This document shows positions 33,225 through 42,150 of a stretch of DNA of 42,150 nt, piece by piece; position 1 is the first letter of the stretch, and each line of letters begins with the position of its first letter. The notes beneath the pieces are model-generated. The model was not told the DNA's origin. It was given only the letters and a program-made list of their open reading frames with translations, and ran no database searches. The DNA lies in IMG/VR virus record IMGVR_UViG_3300031519_000059, positions 1-42,150 of that record. One strand, given 5' to 3'. The position numbers were made by a program, and so were the translations under genes. This DNA comes from a virus (Duplodnaviria; Caudoviricetes).

Positions 33225-33902
33225 ATGCCAATAGACGTAGTATCAACAGAACACTTTGTATTTTTAAAGACGAATGCCTATGAATCGGCAAATGGGATTG
33301 ATGTAGATACCATTCCTTTAAAATGTGAAACTGTTTCTGTTAATGTAGCAAGAGAGATTCCTACAATTAAAGTTCCAACAGGTATTCCTAGAGGAGAGTC
33401 TACTACAATTGCCATTGATTTAGGTATGGGAACAAAAACCATTAGTCTTTCTGGTATTATTACTAACACTACAATCAAAAGAAGCCATACTACGCATAGA
33501 AATGCAGATAATACTGCGGATATAGTTACATCATTGAATATGACCGCAATTGAAACTGCTCAACTTATTGCTTCGGGTGTAGATTCTTCTGCTTTGGCTA
33601 AGTATCAGAATTTTAACGAGTTAGTTCTTATGGTTGATTCTAATATTGATGAGGATTATGTTGAAAGAGCATCTGTTCTAAGAATGCCATTTAGTTTCTC
33701 ATCTAGAGGAGGTGCTTTAGAGAAAGACAATTCTAGAGTTCCTTTACCCAAAGACTTTCCTACTGGTGCTAATCAAACCACATTAGACAATGAAACGGGA
33801 ATAGGCGGATATATTGAATCCTTTGACTTTACAATAGATGGTAATGACCCAACAGTGATTTCCTTTAATATGACTTTTAGAGTAGCAACAACATTCCCAT
33901 GA
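33225..33902 (+). CDS. Putative distal tail/hub protein
   Basis: Directly after the TMP; DLGMGTKTISLSGII and GYIESFDFT...FNMTF tube-like fold pattern; ATG 33225 follows GAGGTGA (ORF track starts at 33216). Confidence 0.55.
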   Translation: MPIDVVSTEHFVFLKTNAYESANGIDVDTIPLKCETVSVNVAREIPTIKVPTGIPRGESTTIAIDLGMGTKTISLSGIITNTTIKRSHTTHRNADNTADIVTSLNMTAIETAQLIASGVDSSALAKYQNFNELVLMVDSNIDEDYVERASVLRMPFSFSSRGGALEKDNSRVPLPKDFPTGANQTTLDNETGIGGYIESFDFTIDGNDPTVISFNMTFRVATTFP

Positions 33903-33911
33903 GGTATTACT

Positions 33912-35045
33912 ATGTATGACGTATTTATTGGAAAGCAACGAAGTCTTGTTTTCCCAATCATGTGTAATGCTCATGTTGCTATTCCTTATTCAGCAAACAT
34001 TCCTGATATAGGAAGTGCTGGAACAAGCGACGATGTTCCTTACGGTCTATGGGCGCATACCGATTCATTTACCTTTGAAACTATCTTTACCCCCTATGAT
34101 ATTAACGGTACAGGAGCAACAGGGCTTAGAGGGCGTTCTGCTCAACAACTAAGCGACTTTGTTATGCCTCAGGGAGGTTCGGGTACACCGAGCGAAGAGT
34201 ATCTAGGAGTTAGTCTTAGACGGCAACATGAGATGTGCTTATTTCACAACGATAAATTTAGAGTTACTCTATTGAATAGCCAACTCACTCAACATAATCA
34301 ACCTGCGGAATATAAAGTAAAGGTGTATTTGACGATAGGTTCTAATCAAGATGTCTTTACTACTGATACCTTAATTACCGCCGCAGGTTCAAAAGCGTGG
34401 ACTTTGGGTGATAATCACGTTAATTATAATCTAAGCGGCTTTGATGCCGATGGTAGAATAGTCTACGATAGCGTAGCATCGCTAACAAATGCTCATACTA
34501 GTGGAGACCAACTTACAGTTAGAACCTCAGAATATCATGGTTCAAGAGCATTAACTGATATATTTTTTGCAGGGCAAAAAGTCTACACTAGAAACGGATT
34601 TACCTTTACAGAAATAGGTACTGTCAAAAATGGTGGAATTACTTCTACTCAAGTAACTTTCGTTGATGACGTGTCTGCTATTGCAGATGAAACTGAATTA
34701 TACGTCGATACTTTCAAAGAGCCAAAGTACGTTGAGAATATGCACCATTTAGCAGTAGTTTTCTCAGCAGTAAATAATTCTATTAAGGTTTTTTTTAACA
34801 GAAGATTAGTTTTAGATGCTAAACATACAGAGAATACAGCATTTGAATTTTCTAGAACTGATTTTATTATTGGTAAGAACACTACTTCGGATAATAATGC
34901 TTATACTGATATGCAATTTATGGGTGAATTGCATGAGATGGCTATTCAAGGAATAAGCAAAAAGAATTTCCTATCTACTAATACCCTATATCCTTTCTTT
35001 GATGAGACTTTACTTTACTTGCGATTTGAGGAGGTGGACTTATGA
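33912..35045 (+). CDS. LamG/concanavalin-A-like domain tail protein
   Basis: SFTFETIF...HHLAVVF..NSIKVFFN...FIIGK...FMGELHEMAI. Confidence 0.7.
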   Translation: MYDVFIGKQRSLVFPIMCNAHVAIPYSANIPDIGSAGTSDDVPYGLWAHTDSFTFETIFTPYDINGTGATGLRGRSAQQLSDFVMPQGGSGTPSEEYLGVSLRRQHEMCLFHNDKFRVTLLNSQLTQHNQPAEYKVKVYLTIGSNQDVFTTDTLITAAGSKAWTLGDNHVNYNLSGFDADGRIVYDSVASLTNAHTSGDQLTVRTSEYHGSRALTDIFFAGQKVYTRNGFTFTEIGTVKNGGITSTQVTFVDDVSAIADETELYVDTFKEPKYVENMHHLAVVFSAVNNSIKVFFNRRLVLDAKHTENTAFEFSRTDFIIGKNTTSDNNAYTDMQFMGELHEMAIQGISKKNFLSTNTLYPFFDETLLYLRFEEVDL

Positions 35046-38000
35046 CTGATTCAGTAATTGGTGGATTAAAAACCTCGTACAATACTACTGCCAATAATAA
35101 TTATAACACACCTACTAACCCTTTAATTAGTTTATTTGCTAGTGGAACGACCAATCCTGCTTATAGTGCTACTGATGCAAATAGAGTATTTTCTATTGTG
35201 TACAAAGATGATAGCGTAACTAAGACCTCTTCAAATGACCTTATCACTATTTCTGAACCTATCTCTTCGGCAGGAATAATGACCGAGTATTCTAATCTTA
35301 GTGCTACTAATGGCTATTCAATTCGTTGTTATGACTCTTTTAGCCAAACAGGATTAAACTTAGCATCTATTAATCTAGATAATAATGATTTCTTTGTTCT
35401 TGTTCATTCCGATGATATCTCAATGTATCACTTTGCTAGAATTACTAAAGTAACTACTGCTGATGTAGCAGGAGATAAATTTGAGTTCGAGCCTAGATTA
35501 GGTAATGAAGTAGCGCAAGATGTAAAATTTATGGTCTTTAAAGGCACACCTCGTTCAGATAAAATTGTTGCCGTATCTATGGGAACTAAATATGGAAGAA
35601 CTGGAACTAAGTATGTTTGTTCTGAACCGTTGTTTTATTTCTTTCAAGATGAATTAGATAAAGAAGGGGAACTAAATCACAATACTAAATACTTTATTAG
35701 AAGTAATTCAGTAACTAGCGGCGCATCTGTCGTTCTCAACGATACTAGCCAAAACGATGCTTTCTTAACAATTAGTGATTATAGAAATAAAGTAGTAGAC
35801 TATAGTAAATTTACGTATCATATTGATTTAGTAGATAAGTTAAGAATATTAGATGACCCTGATACTGCCACTTCTAATGAAAATGTAGTTATGAGTGGTA
35901 CTTTTACAGACTATACTGATTACAATGATTGTTTTATTAATGCTAGAAGAGACTTAAATGACAATACTAGTTCTTTAACAATGACAGGTAACACTAGATA
36001 TGTTAATTACAGACATTCTCCTGAGAATAATAACTATGTTCCTATTGTTTATGAACTAGATGTAGAAGATTCTTATGATGCAAAAACAGGTTTTGCTAAT
36101 CTTAAACTAGTGGATAGCACTAGAAATCTATCAAATAAAGTTTTTAATAATGATAGATTGATGATAAAACAGAAACTAACAGAAGAAGATTTAAATGAGT
36201 GGGTAGAAGTTGGGGAAATAGATTCTTTAACAGACGCTACTAATAGAGAGTACCAGTTAAAAACAGTTAAACCAAAACCTACTCGTTACTTTTCTGCCAA
36301 TAATGAAATTAAGATAGGAGACGAAATTTTTCCTGTAGTTTCTATACCGTCAGATACTTTGATTCGGATTCATAATCAAAGCCGTTTGGAAACAGAGAGT
36401 TCTTTTACATTAAAAACAGTTGGCTCTACTGAGTTAGCAAAAACCCTTACTAGCGGAACAAAAATATACAGAAGAAGATTAAATCCTATAGATAAGACAT
36501 TCTTCACTAGTATGGAGATATCGGGAGATAAGATAGGTAATTTGAATACTATTTTACAGACTACACAATACAAAGATTTCTTTACTGATATAGGGAGTTT
36601 TATTGCTAATGTAGATGAAGAGTATGGCTTACTTACTATTACATTTGAAAACAATCAATTCAATTCTGATAGTGCTTTGTTTTATGCAATAGGCTCTGTT
36701 TTCCTTTACAATGAAATATTCTTCGGTCAAATAGAACAGATAGATAAAACATTCGATAATGGACAAAGTATTTTTGAAGTACAGGGAAGAAATACTTTAT
36801 CTAAATTAGTTGATATTACTGTTAATAAAGACACTTCTTTTTCAGAAGATATAATTTATAGTAGTGATAGCCCATATAATAACTTAACTTATCTTAGTAG
36901 ATTAGGAGATGCTTATTTTGGTTCTGCTACATTAGCAGTAGCGGGTTCTACTATAACTCTTACTAAAGGAGATAAGATATATGCTAAGTATGCTAACAAT
37001 AATATGGTTTTTGTTGGTACTATTAACGCTACTGCAACTGGTAATTCTTTTACTTTAGAAGAAACCTCTTTTGCTGAATTTACCAATATGAGTCTGTATA
37101 AAGCCGCTAGTAAGCACTATGTATTCAATAAGGCTCTTTCAGCAAGTACATTGGTGAGTTCTGCTACTTCGTTAAGCGGGGCATCTGATAAGGGAGTATT
37201 TTTCCAAAGCGGGAATAAAATAGATATTGCTAAGACCGCATTTGAAGGAGAGACCTTAGTAGGGGCTTCAAGCGAGGACTCTAACGGTGTTAAGTATAAC
37301 CCTAATTCTGTTGGTTTTTATGACTTAGAATCCAAATCAATGAAGTCAGATAGTATTTTTCAAACTAGATTATCAGATGGGGCAACTGATTATGAGGATT
37401 TTGATACTGTAAATACTTTATTAGACTTCACAATACTTTCTGTAAAGGAAGAAGGAGGCTCAAAGAGAGTAGAGTTAGCACCCTATCTTCCTTTGACTCT
37501 AGGACGGGTTCAATATAACTACGCAAATACTCAAGATACTACGTTTTCTTCAATAGTGGCTACTGTTCATAGTCTAACCCCTACTTCTCCGAGTAACTAT
37601 ATTTCCGTAATCCCATCCGACCTTACTCTACATTCTACTAATGCAGTACCTAGAAACTTTCATGGTAGACCTCTGTATATAGATAGCGGAAGCGGGAAAG
37701 AGTTTTTGGGGCTAATTACTCATGCTGAGGTTGATAACCATGTTACGGCAGGAAATGTACTAGACATTTTCTTTGATGGAGAAGCAATCGCATCTACAGG
37801 AGACGAGGTATATGTTTTGTCTTATTCTGCCTACGAGGAAAGCACCAAGTTATCACATGAATTAATGCTCTTAAATGCAGGTCATTTACATGGAGGAAAA
37901 ATAATTACTAAATTAAGTCCTCTCAAATCATCAACTGCTGGAGGTAGAATATATACTTTTGATTATCCTTTAAAATATGGTCAAGGTTCTTCTTACCCTC

Positions 38001-41000
38001 CTAGTTATGGACAAAAGTTCGGAAGTTCTTTTTATAGAATATTTAATTTGGAAAAGGGCAACATTAGTGCTAGAAAACAAACTGCTTCGACTCATGATGA
38101 TTTTGTTCATTACTATGATAAGCCTAGTGAAATTAAGTATTATGCTGGAGCATATAGATTCAGTAGAGGGTACTATTATTCAAGTGGTTTAGTGAATAAT
38201 CTAATGGGAACCGACAAGAGAGACAACAACCAAAACCATATTCTTCACGAATCAAGAGGATTTGATTCTGTTCAGGGTTCTAGATTTTGGGACACTACTG
38301 TTCACGCCGCTAATGAAAATACAGATTATTTTCCTTTGCGAGCGACTATTCAATATAATTCTAAGGATTATTTGCACCAAATAGATTCTAAGGCTGCAAG
38401 AATGTTTTTGTTCGCTAATGCCGACTTGCATCCTTATTATAGTGGGAGAAAAGATAGTTTGATGGCAAAAGATGGTTCTGGTAACTATAAAGACATAAGT
38501 AACTATGGTCTATTTTCACTAAAGATACCTTCTATTACAGAAAATCAAGACCCTAAGCATATGTTAAGTGGCTCTACTTCTACTATAACACTAAAGGATT
38601 CTGATTATGCCAGTTCTACTATCGTATCTGCTGATAAAACAGTAGGGCAATTAAAAAGATTCGGCTTAATGCGCCTAACTGAATTAGTTTTTGATTGGCA
38701 TTTTAATCAGTTTGACCCTGAGAATCCTCCTGATAAAGATAAAACTATGCCAATAATAGCAGAGACACAGGTTATAGAACCTGTAACTATTACCGTATCA
38801 GGTGCTAGTAGAACCACTTCAAAGACCTTAGTTATTACTCCCCATACTGCTTCATTGGCGGTTGATGATGATTTATTCGATAGTAAAGGAAGATTCATAG
38901 GAACAATATATTCTGTAACTCATAGTTCGGGGGTCAATAGCACAATTGTATTTGATGCTGAGCCATTCAGAACAGACGGGACTAGTTTTGCTACTGGTGG
39001 TTGGCTCAGAGTCCCTACTGGGAATAATACAACAGACCCAATAAAAGGTCATGGAAGCACAGATAGTATGATACAACAGACCTCTAATAATTTCTTATCT
39101 ACATTTGTTACTCAAGACTCCTTTGAAACAACTAAATCAGGAACTAGATATGATGATAGATTTGGGAGCAGTTTGGGAGTCAGTAGTAATGATGCAGATT
39201 ATGTCGGGCATATGATATTTCCTTTTACTATAATACCCGATGGCTTTTTTGGAAAAACTAATGGTACAAGAACTTCTATACATGATTCTAAAATTTTAGA
39301 AAACTTTAGTAGAATAAAATCAGGAAGAGCAACATCACTAGTTGCCCCTGTTACTCATCAACTATATATGCAAGATTTTTTGCCTATATTTTTAGATAGA
39401 CACTCTATAGAAGATGGTTCTAACTTAGTAGCGGAAGGAATGAGTGCAGATGCTATACAGTCAATACATATGTATGCGGACACAACGGCTGGCGGTAAAC
39501 TTGTAGGGATTAAATTCGGAATACACATGGCATCTCCTTTTGCTGATAAATCGGATGTAGGGGGGTCAAGTGGGGCAACTTATGATAAAACTGCTGATGG
39601 TGTATTTGCAGGGTTTAAACCAGTTCTAAAAATAGATACTAGTCTAGGCCATGTTACTGAGCATCCTTCTGATAAAGCAATAGGGAATAAAGCCGTTTAC
39701 CATTATCAAATAACTTCTATAGATAATTACAAATGGTTAGACTTTGTAGATTTAACTGGTTGTTATCTAGTCTCTACTACAGGTAAATACTACAATGAAG
39801 ATGGGGATGTTACTACTCTAAGTCATGGAGAGTCTTTAGATGAAGTTACACCTACAAAAATAGTATATGTGTTATCGCATGAAGTTGATGATACTGAGGA
39901 TTTAACCACACAGGCTCCCGACGCTACTGATAGCACTACGTCTTCAGAAAACATGAGCAGTACGAACTCTAGAGACCATATTATAACAGTTAGTGCTCAA
40001 TTACCTGATGATACTTATTACAGAATAATGCAGCCCAACCATACTTGTCTTCATGAGTTTTCTCCTAAACTAATTAGAATGAATACCTTATCTTCTAAAT
40101 ACACTAAGAAAGCATATAAGAAAGAAATGTATGATGGTATAAGAGCATACCAGTACCGAGAATCCAGAGGAACTAGAACAGATACTGGTAATAATGAAGC
40201 GGTTCTTTCAATGTATGTTGCTATTGATGGAGACGGAACTGCTTCTGATGACCACTTGATAACCCAGTCTGACGGTAAACTACTTGAATTAATAGGTGAT
40301 TCAAAAATAGATGCTTGTCTTAGTGATGGTGATAATGTTCTAAGAACCTCGTTAGAATATAGAGAACCACTAATTACCGCATCAGCCTCAGATAATGTTG
40401 GTCGCTTTTTAGAACTAGGCGATATGAAGAAACTATTAGGTGTAGTATCTGTATCTGAAACTTTTAGCGTATTAGTAAATGGAGATATAGATGTTAATGC
40501 CAAAAGAGCAATGATTGGCTCTACTGCCACAATATGTACGGAAGTAGAAGATACTGTAGAGCAGGTCTTGATAGAAAACGATATTAAACATTCCATTACT
40601 AAAGAAGATTATGAAATATTCGCATCTCCTGATTTTCAAGGAACTAACTTATTTAATTTAACTAACTATTTATTGTCCCTAAAGGATAAGAAAATGATTG
40701 GGGAAGGAGATACTGTTAAGGTTGTTAATGCAGATAATAGTTCTTTTGTTTCCAAATATTCTTTTAGCGACGACGATTTCTTATCTATTGAATCTAAAAA
40801 ATCAAACTTTGGATATTTCAATGAAATAACTGTGTATGGTAAAACACACAAGGCAGTGAGAAAGGATTTCAAAGAGATTAAAGAGAAAGGTAAAAAATCT
40901 TTAGAAGTGTTTGAAGAGAAATTAACCACTCAAGACGAAGTAAATAAAGAGGCTCTTAAACTCCTAAAGGTATATACTAACCTAAATGAAGTTTTATCAG

Positions 41001-41419
41001 TAGAAGTCTCTAAATCTACAATTAAAATGTTATCCGTAGGAGATACAGTAGAAATAGAGAGTAAGTTTTCTAACATACAAAGAAACCAATTTATCATATT
41101 AGAAATGAAACACTCATTAAATGGTAGAATTTCATTGAAGTTAGGCAAATACATTAAAGGGCTAGAAGATACTTTAGCCAATCTTCTAATAGAAAGTAAG
41201 GCTACTAAGTCTTATTTACGAAAGAAGGAGTTTAATGTAAATGAAAACACCTTTGATTTCTTCGACAACATTAAAATCAAAGAACTACATTTACTGATTA
41301 GAAAGAGAGAGTTAAGTGGGAGTAGTTTAGGCTTCTCGACAACACTAAATACCAACACAAGCACACTAGGATTTGGTGGAACAGTTACATTCACTCGCCT
41401 ATTGGAGGAAGACTTATGA
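35042..41419 (+). CDS. Giant tail-tip/baseplate hub or central fibre protein, 2125 aa
   Basis: S/T/D/G-rich beta composition; hub-like motifs FFGQIEQI...FEVQGRN and FNEITVYG...LSVGDTVEI. Confidence 0.7.
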   Translation: MTDSVIGGLKTSYNTTANNNYNTPTNPLISLFASGTTNPAYSATDANRVFSIVYKDDSVTKTSSNDLITISEPISSAGIMTEYSNLSATNGYSIRCYDSFSQTGLNLASINLDNNDFFVLVHSDDISMYHFARITKVTTADVAGDKFEFEPRLGNEVAQDVKFMVFKGTPRSDKIVAVSMGTKYGRTGTKYVCSEPLFYFFQDELDKEGELNHNTKYFIRSNSVTSGASVVLNDTSQNDAFLTISDYRNKVVDYSKFTYHIDLVDKLRILDDPDTATSNENVVMSGTFTDYTDYNDCFINARRDLNDNTSSLTMTGNTRYVNYRHSPENNNYVPIVYELDVEDSYDAKTGFANLKLVDSTRNLSNKVFNNDRLMIKQKLTEEDLNEWVEVGEIDSLTDATNREYQLKTVKPKPTRYFSANNEIKIGDEIFPVVSIPSDTLIRIHNQSRLETESSFTLKTVGSTELAKTLTSGTKIYRRRLNPIDKTFFTSMEISGDKIGNLNTILQTTQYKDFFTDIGSFIANVDEEYGLLTITFENNQFNSDSALFYAIGSVFLYNEIFFGQIEQIDKTFDNGQSIFEVQGRNTLSKLVDITVNKDTSFSEDIIYSSDSPYNNLTYLSRLGDAYFGSATLAVAGSTITLTKGDKIYAKYANNNMVFVGTINATATGNSFTLEETSFAEFTNMSLYKAASKHYVFNKALSASTLVSSATSLSGASDKGVFFQSGNKIDIAKTAFEGETLVGASSEDSNGVKYNPNSVGFYDLESKSMKSDSIFQTRLSDGATDYEDFDTVNTLLDFTILSVKEEGGSKRVELAPYLPLTLGRVQYNYANTQDTTFSSIVATVHSLTPTSPSNYISVIPSDLTLHSTNAVPRNFHGRPLYIDSGSGKEFLGLITHAEVDNHVTAGNVLDIFFDGEAIASTGDEVYVLSYSAYEESTKLSHELMLLNAGHLHGGKIITKLSPLKSSTAGGRIYTFDYPLKYGQGSSYPPSYGQKFGSSFYRIFNLEKGNISARKQTASTHDDFVHYYDKPSEIKYYAGAYRFSRGYYYSSGLVNNLMGTDKRDNNQNHILHESRGFDSVQGSRFWDTTVHAANENTDYFPLRATIQYNSKDYLHQIDSKAARMFLFANADLHPYYSGRKDSLMAKDGSGNYKDISNYGLFSLKIPSITENQDPKHMLSGSTSTITLKDSDYASSTIVSADKTVGQLKRFGLMRLTELVFDWHFNQFDPENPPDKDKTMPIIAETQVIEPVTITVSGASRTTSKTLVITPHTASLAVDDDLFDSKGRFIGTIYSVTHSSGVNSTIVFDAEPFRTDGTSFATGGWLRVPTGNNTTDPIKGHGSTDSMIQQTSNNFLSTFVTQDSFETTKSGTRYDDRFGSSLGVSSNDADYVGHMIFPFTIIPDGFFGKTNGTRTSIHDSKILENFSRIKSGRATSLVAPVTHQLYMQDFLPIFLDRHSIEDGSNLVAEGMSADAIQSIHMYADTTAGGKLVGIKFGIHMASPFADKSDVGGSSGATYDKTADGVFAGFKPVLKIDTSLGHVTEHPSDKAIGNKAVYHYQITSIDNYKWLDFVDLTGCYLVSTTGKYYNEDGDVTTLSHGESLDEVTPTKIVYVLSHEVDDTEDLTTQAPDATDSTTSSENMSSTNSRDHIITVSAQLPDDTYYRIMQPNHTCLHEFSPKLIRMNTLSSKYTKKAYKKEMYDGIRAYQYRESRGTRTDTGNNEAVLSMYVAIDGDGTASDDHLITQSDGKLLELIGDSKIDACLSDGDNVLRTSLEYREPLITASASDNVGRFLELGDMKKLLGVVSVSETFSVLVNGDIDVNAKRAMIGSTATICTEVEDTVEQVLIENDIKHSITKEDYEIFASPDFQGTNLFNLTNYLLSLKDKKMIGEGDTVKVVNADNSSFVSKYSFSDDDFLSIESKKSNFGYFNEITVYGKTHKAVRKDFKEIKEKGKKSLEVFEEKLTTQDEVNKEALKLLKVYTNLNEVLSVEVSKSTIKMLSVGDTVEIESKFSNIQRNQFIILEMKHSLNGRISLKLGKYIKGLEDTLANLLIESKATKSYLRKKEFNVNENTFDFFDNIKIKELHLLIRKRELSGSSLGFSTTLNTNTSTLGFGGTVTFTRLLEEDL

Positions 41420-41778
41420 TAACTGATGAACTAAGAAAACAACTAGCAGACCAAATAAAAACACTCTTCAATGCAGGTTACGCACAAGTAGGCTTAGGAG
41501 GCAATTCTACAAGCCCTGCCGCCACTACTATTGATGTGCCTAGTTCAGCAGGTGATATCAGTTTCTCAGGCGCATCTGCATCGGCAGAAAAGTCCCAAGA
41601 GAATACCATTCAAGTGTTTGTAGAGGCACTCGGAAGTGCTATTTCGGGAGAAGTAATAAGAGAAATGGGAGTCTCAGATACTAATGATAATTTACTCGCT
41701 AGAGTTAATTTCACAGGAGTGGGGCCATTTAGTTCCACAGAGACAGTACAAATTTTCTTAACATTAGAGGTGGAATAA
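41416..41778 (+). CDS. Tail-tip protein resembling tail-fibre N-terminal attachment domains
   Basis: QVGLGG...IREMGV.D...LLARVNF pattern; GGAGG RBS. Confidence 0.55.
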   Translation: MITDELRKQLADQIKTLFNAGYAQVGLGGNSTSPAATTIDVPSSAGDISFSGASASAEKSQENTIQVFVEALGSAISGEVIREMGVSDTNDNLLARVNFTGVGPFSSTETVQIFLTLEVE

Positions 41779-41779
41779 A

Positions 41780-42150
41780 ATGAGTAAAGGACTAAATAAC
41801 CCAAAGGCGTTTTCAACGCAAGATGAAGCAGAAGCAAGCCCTATAATTACCCCTGTACAGATAGTAGATGGGGGAGACTTTCCACATACAGGTTTAATCA
41901 AGGCCTTAAGTTTAGGAATGAAAGGAAATTACGCTACTACTGGATTTAATGCTACTGCTGTTACTGATAACGATGTTACTTTTGCGGCTGGAGTTGTTTA
42001 TAGAGACGGTAAAAAGGTTGATGTTAATGCAGGTACTACTCAAACAATCGTAATTGGTTCTACTAGTGGAACAACTACAGACCATAACGTAGGTTATCAC
42101 CTAGTAGTAAATGCTACAGGAACAACTAACTTATCAGTTAGACCTCCTAC
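41780..42150 (+). CDS. 3'-truncated tail or fibre-associated protein
   Basis: ATG 41780 after GAGGTGG; open to the window end (MSKGLNNPKAFSTQ...IVDGGDFPHTGLIKAL...); Thr/Gly-rich. Confidence 0.6.
   Translation, partial: MSKGLNNPKAFSTQDEAEASPIITPVQIVDGGDFPHTGLIKALSLGMKGNYATTGFNATAVTDNDVTFAAGVVYRDGKKVDVNAGTTQTIVIGSTSGTTTDHNVGYHLVVNATGTTNLSVRPP

Noticed and set aside
8117-38192. Short alternative-frame plus-strand ORFs (8117, 19365, 22278, 27195, 28037, 37977)
   Set aside because: Nested in well-supported genes, with no RBS or protein-like motifs
1808-42100. Numerous minus-strand ORFs of 60-180 aa in the ORF track
   Set aside because: All lie antisense to longer plus-strand genes, are S/L/F/I-rich mirror translations and lack RBSs; treated as shadow ORFs
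1-42150. tRNA, rRNA, integrase or transposase genes
   Set aside because: Intergenic gaps are almost all under 60 bp and no such motifs were seen

Overview
The window is a gene-dense, AT-rich, entirely plus-strand morphogenesis region of a tailed dsDNA virus (Caudoviricetes). GGTGA/GAGGTG ribosome-binding sites, a TATA-like box and the gene order point to an archaeal host. It most resembles magroviruses (viruses of Marine Group II/Poseidoniales) and related haloviruses; this assignment is by recall, not by search. Gene order: large acidic helical proteins; an array of small genes sharing an N-terminal M-x-W-x-x-I-L-K tag; terminase large subunit; LAGLIDADG multidomain protein; portal; ATP-dependent DNA ligase; prohead protease-scaffold; major capsid protein; an Arf/Sar1-like small GTPase module with membrane proteins; head-tail adaptor; tail terminator; tail tube; tail chaperone with a -1 frameshift; tape measure; tail-tip genes. 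No sheath gene was recognised, so the tail is probably non-contractile. The two strongest leads are (1) a putative capsid cargo-loading system, in which about ten unrelated proteins carry a WxxILK tag matching the scaffold C-terminal motif WSDIHK, and (2) a viral Arf-like GTPase operon with membrane proteins that may remodel membranes or mediate egress. All function calls come from reading motifs by eye.
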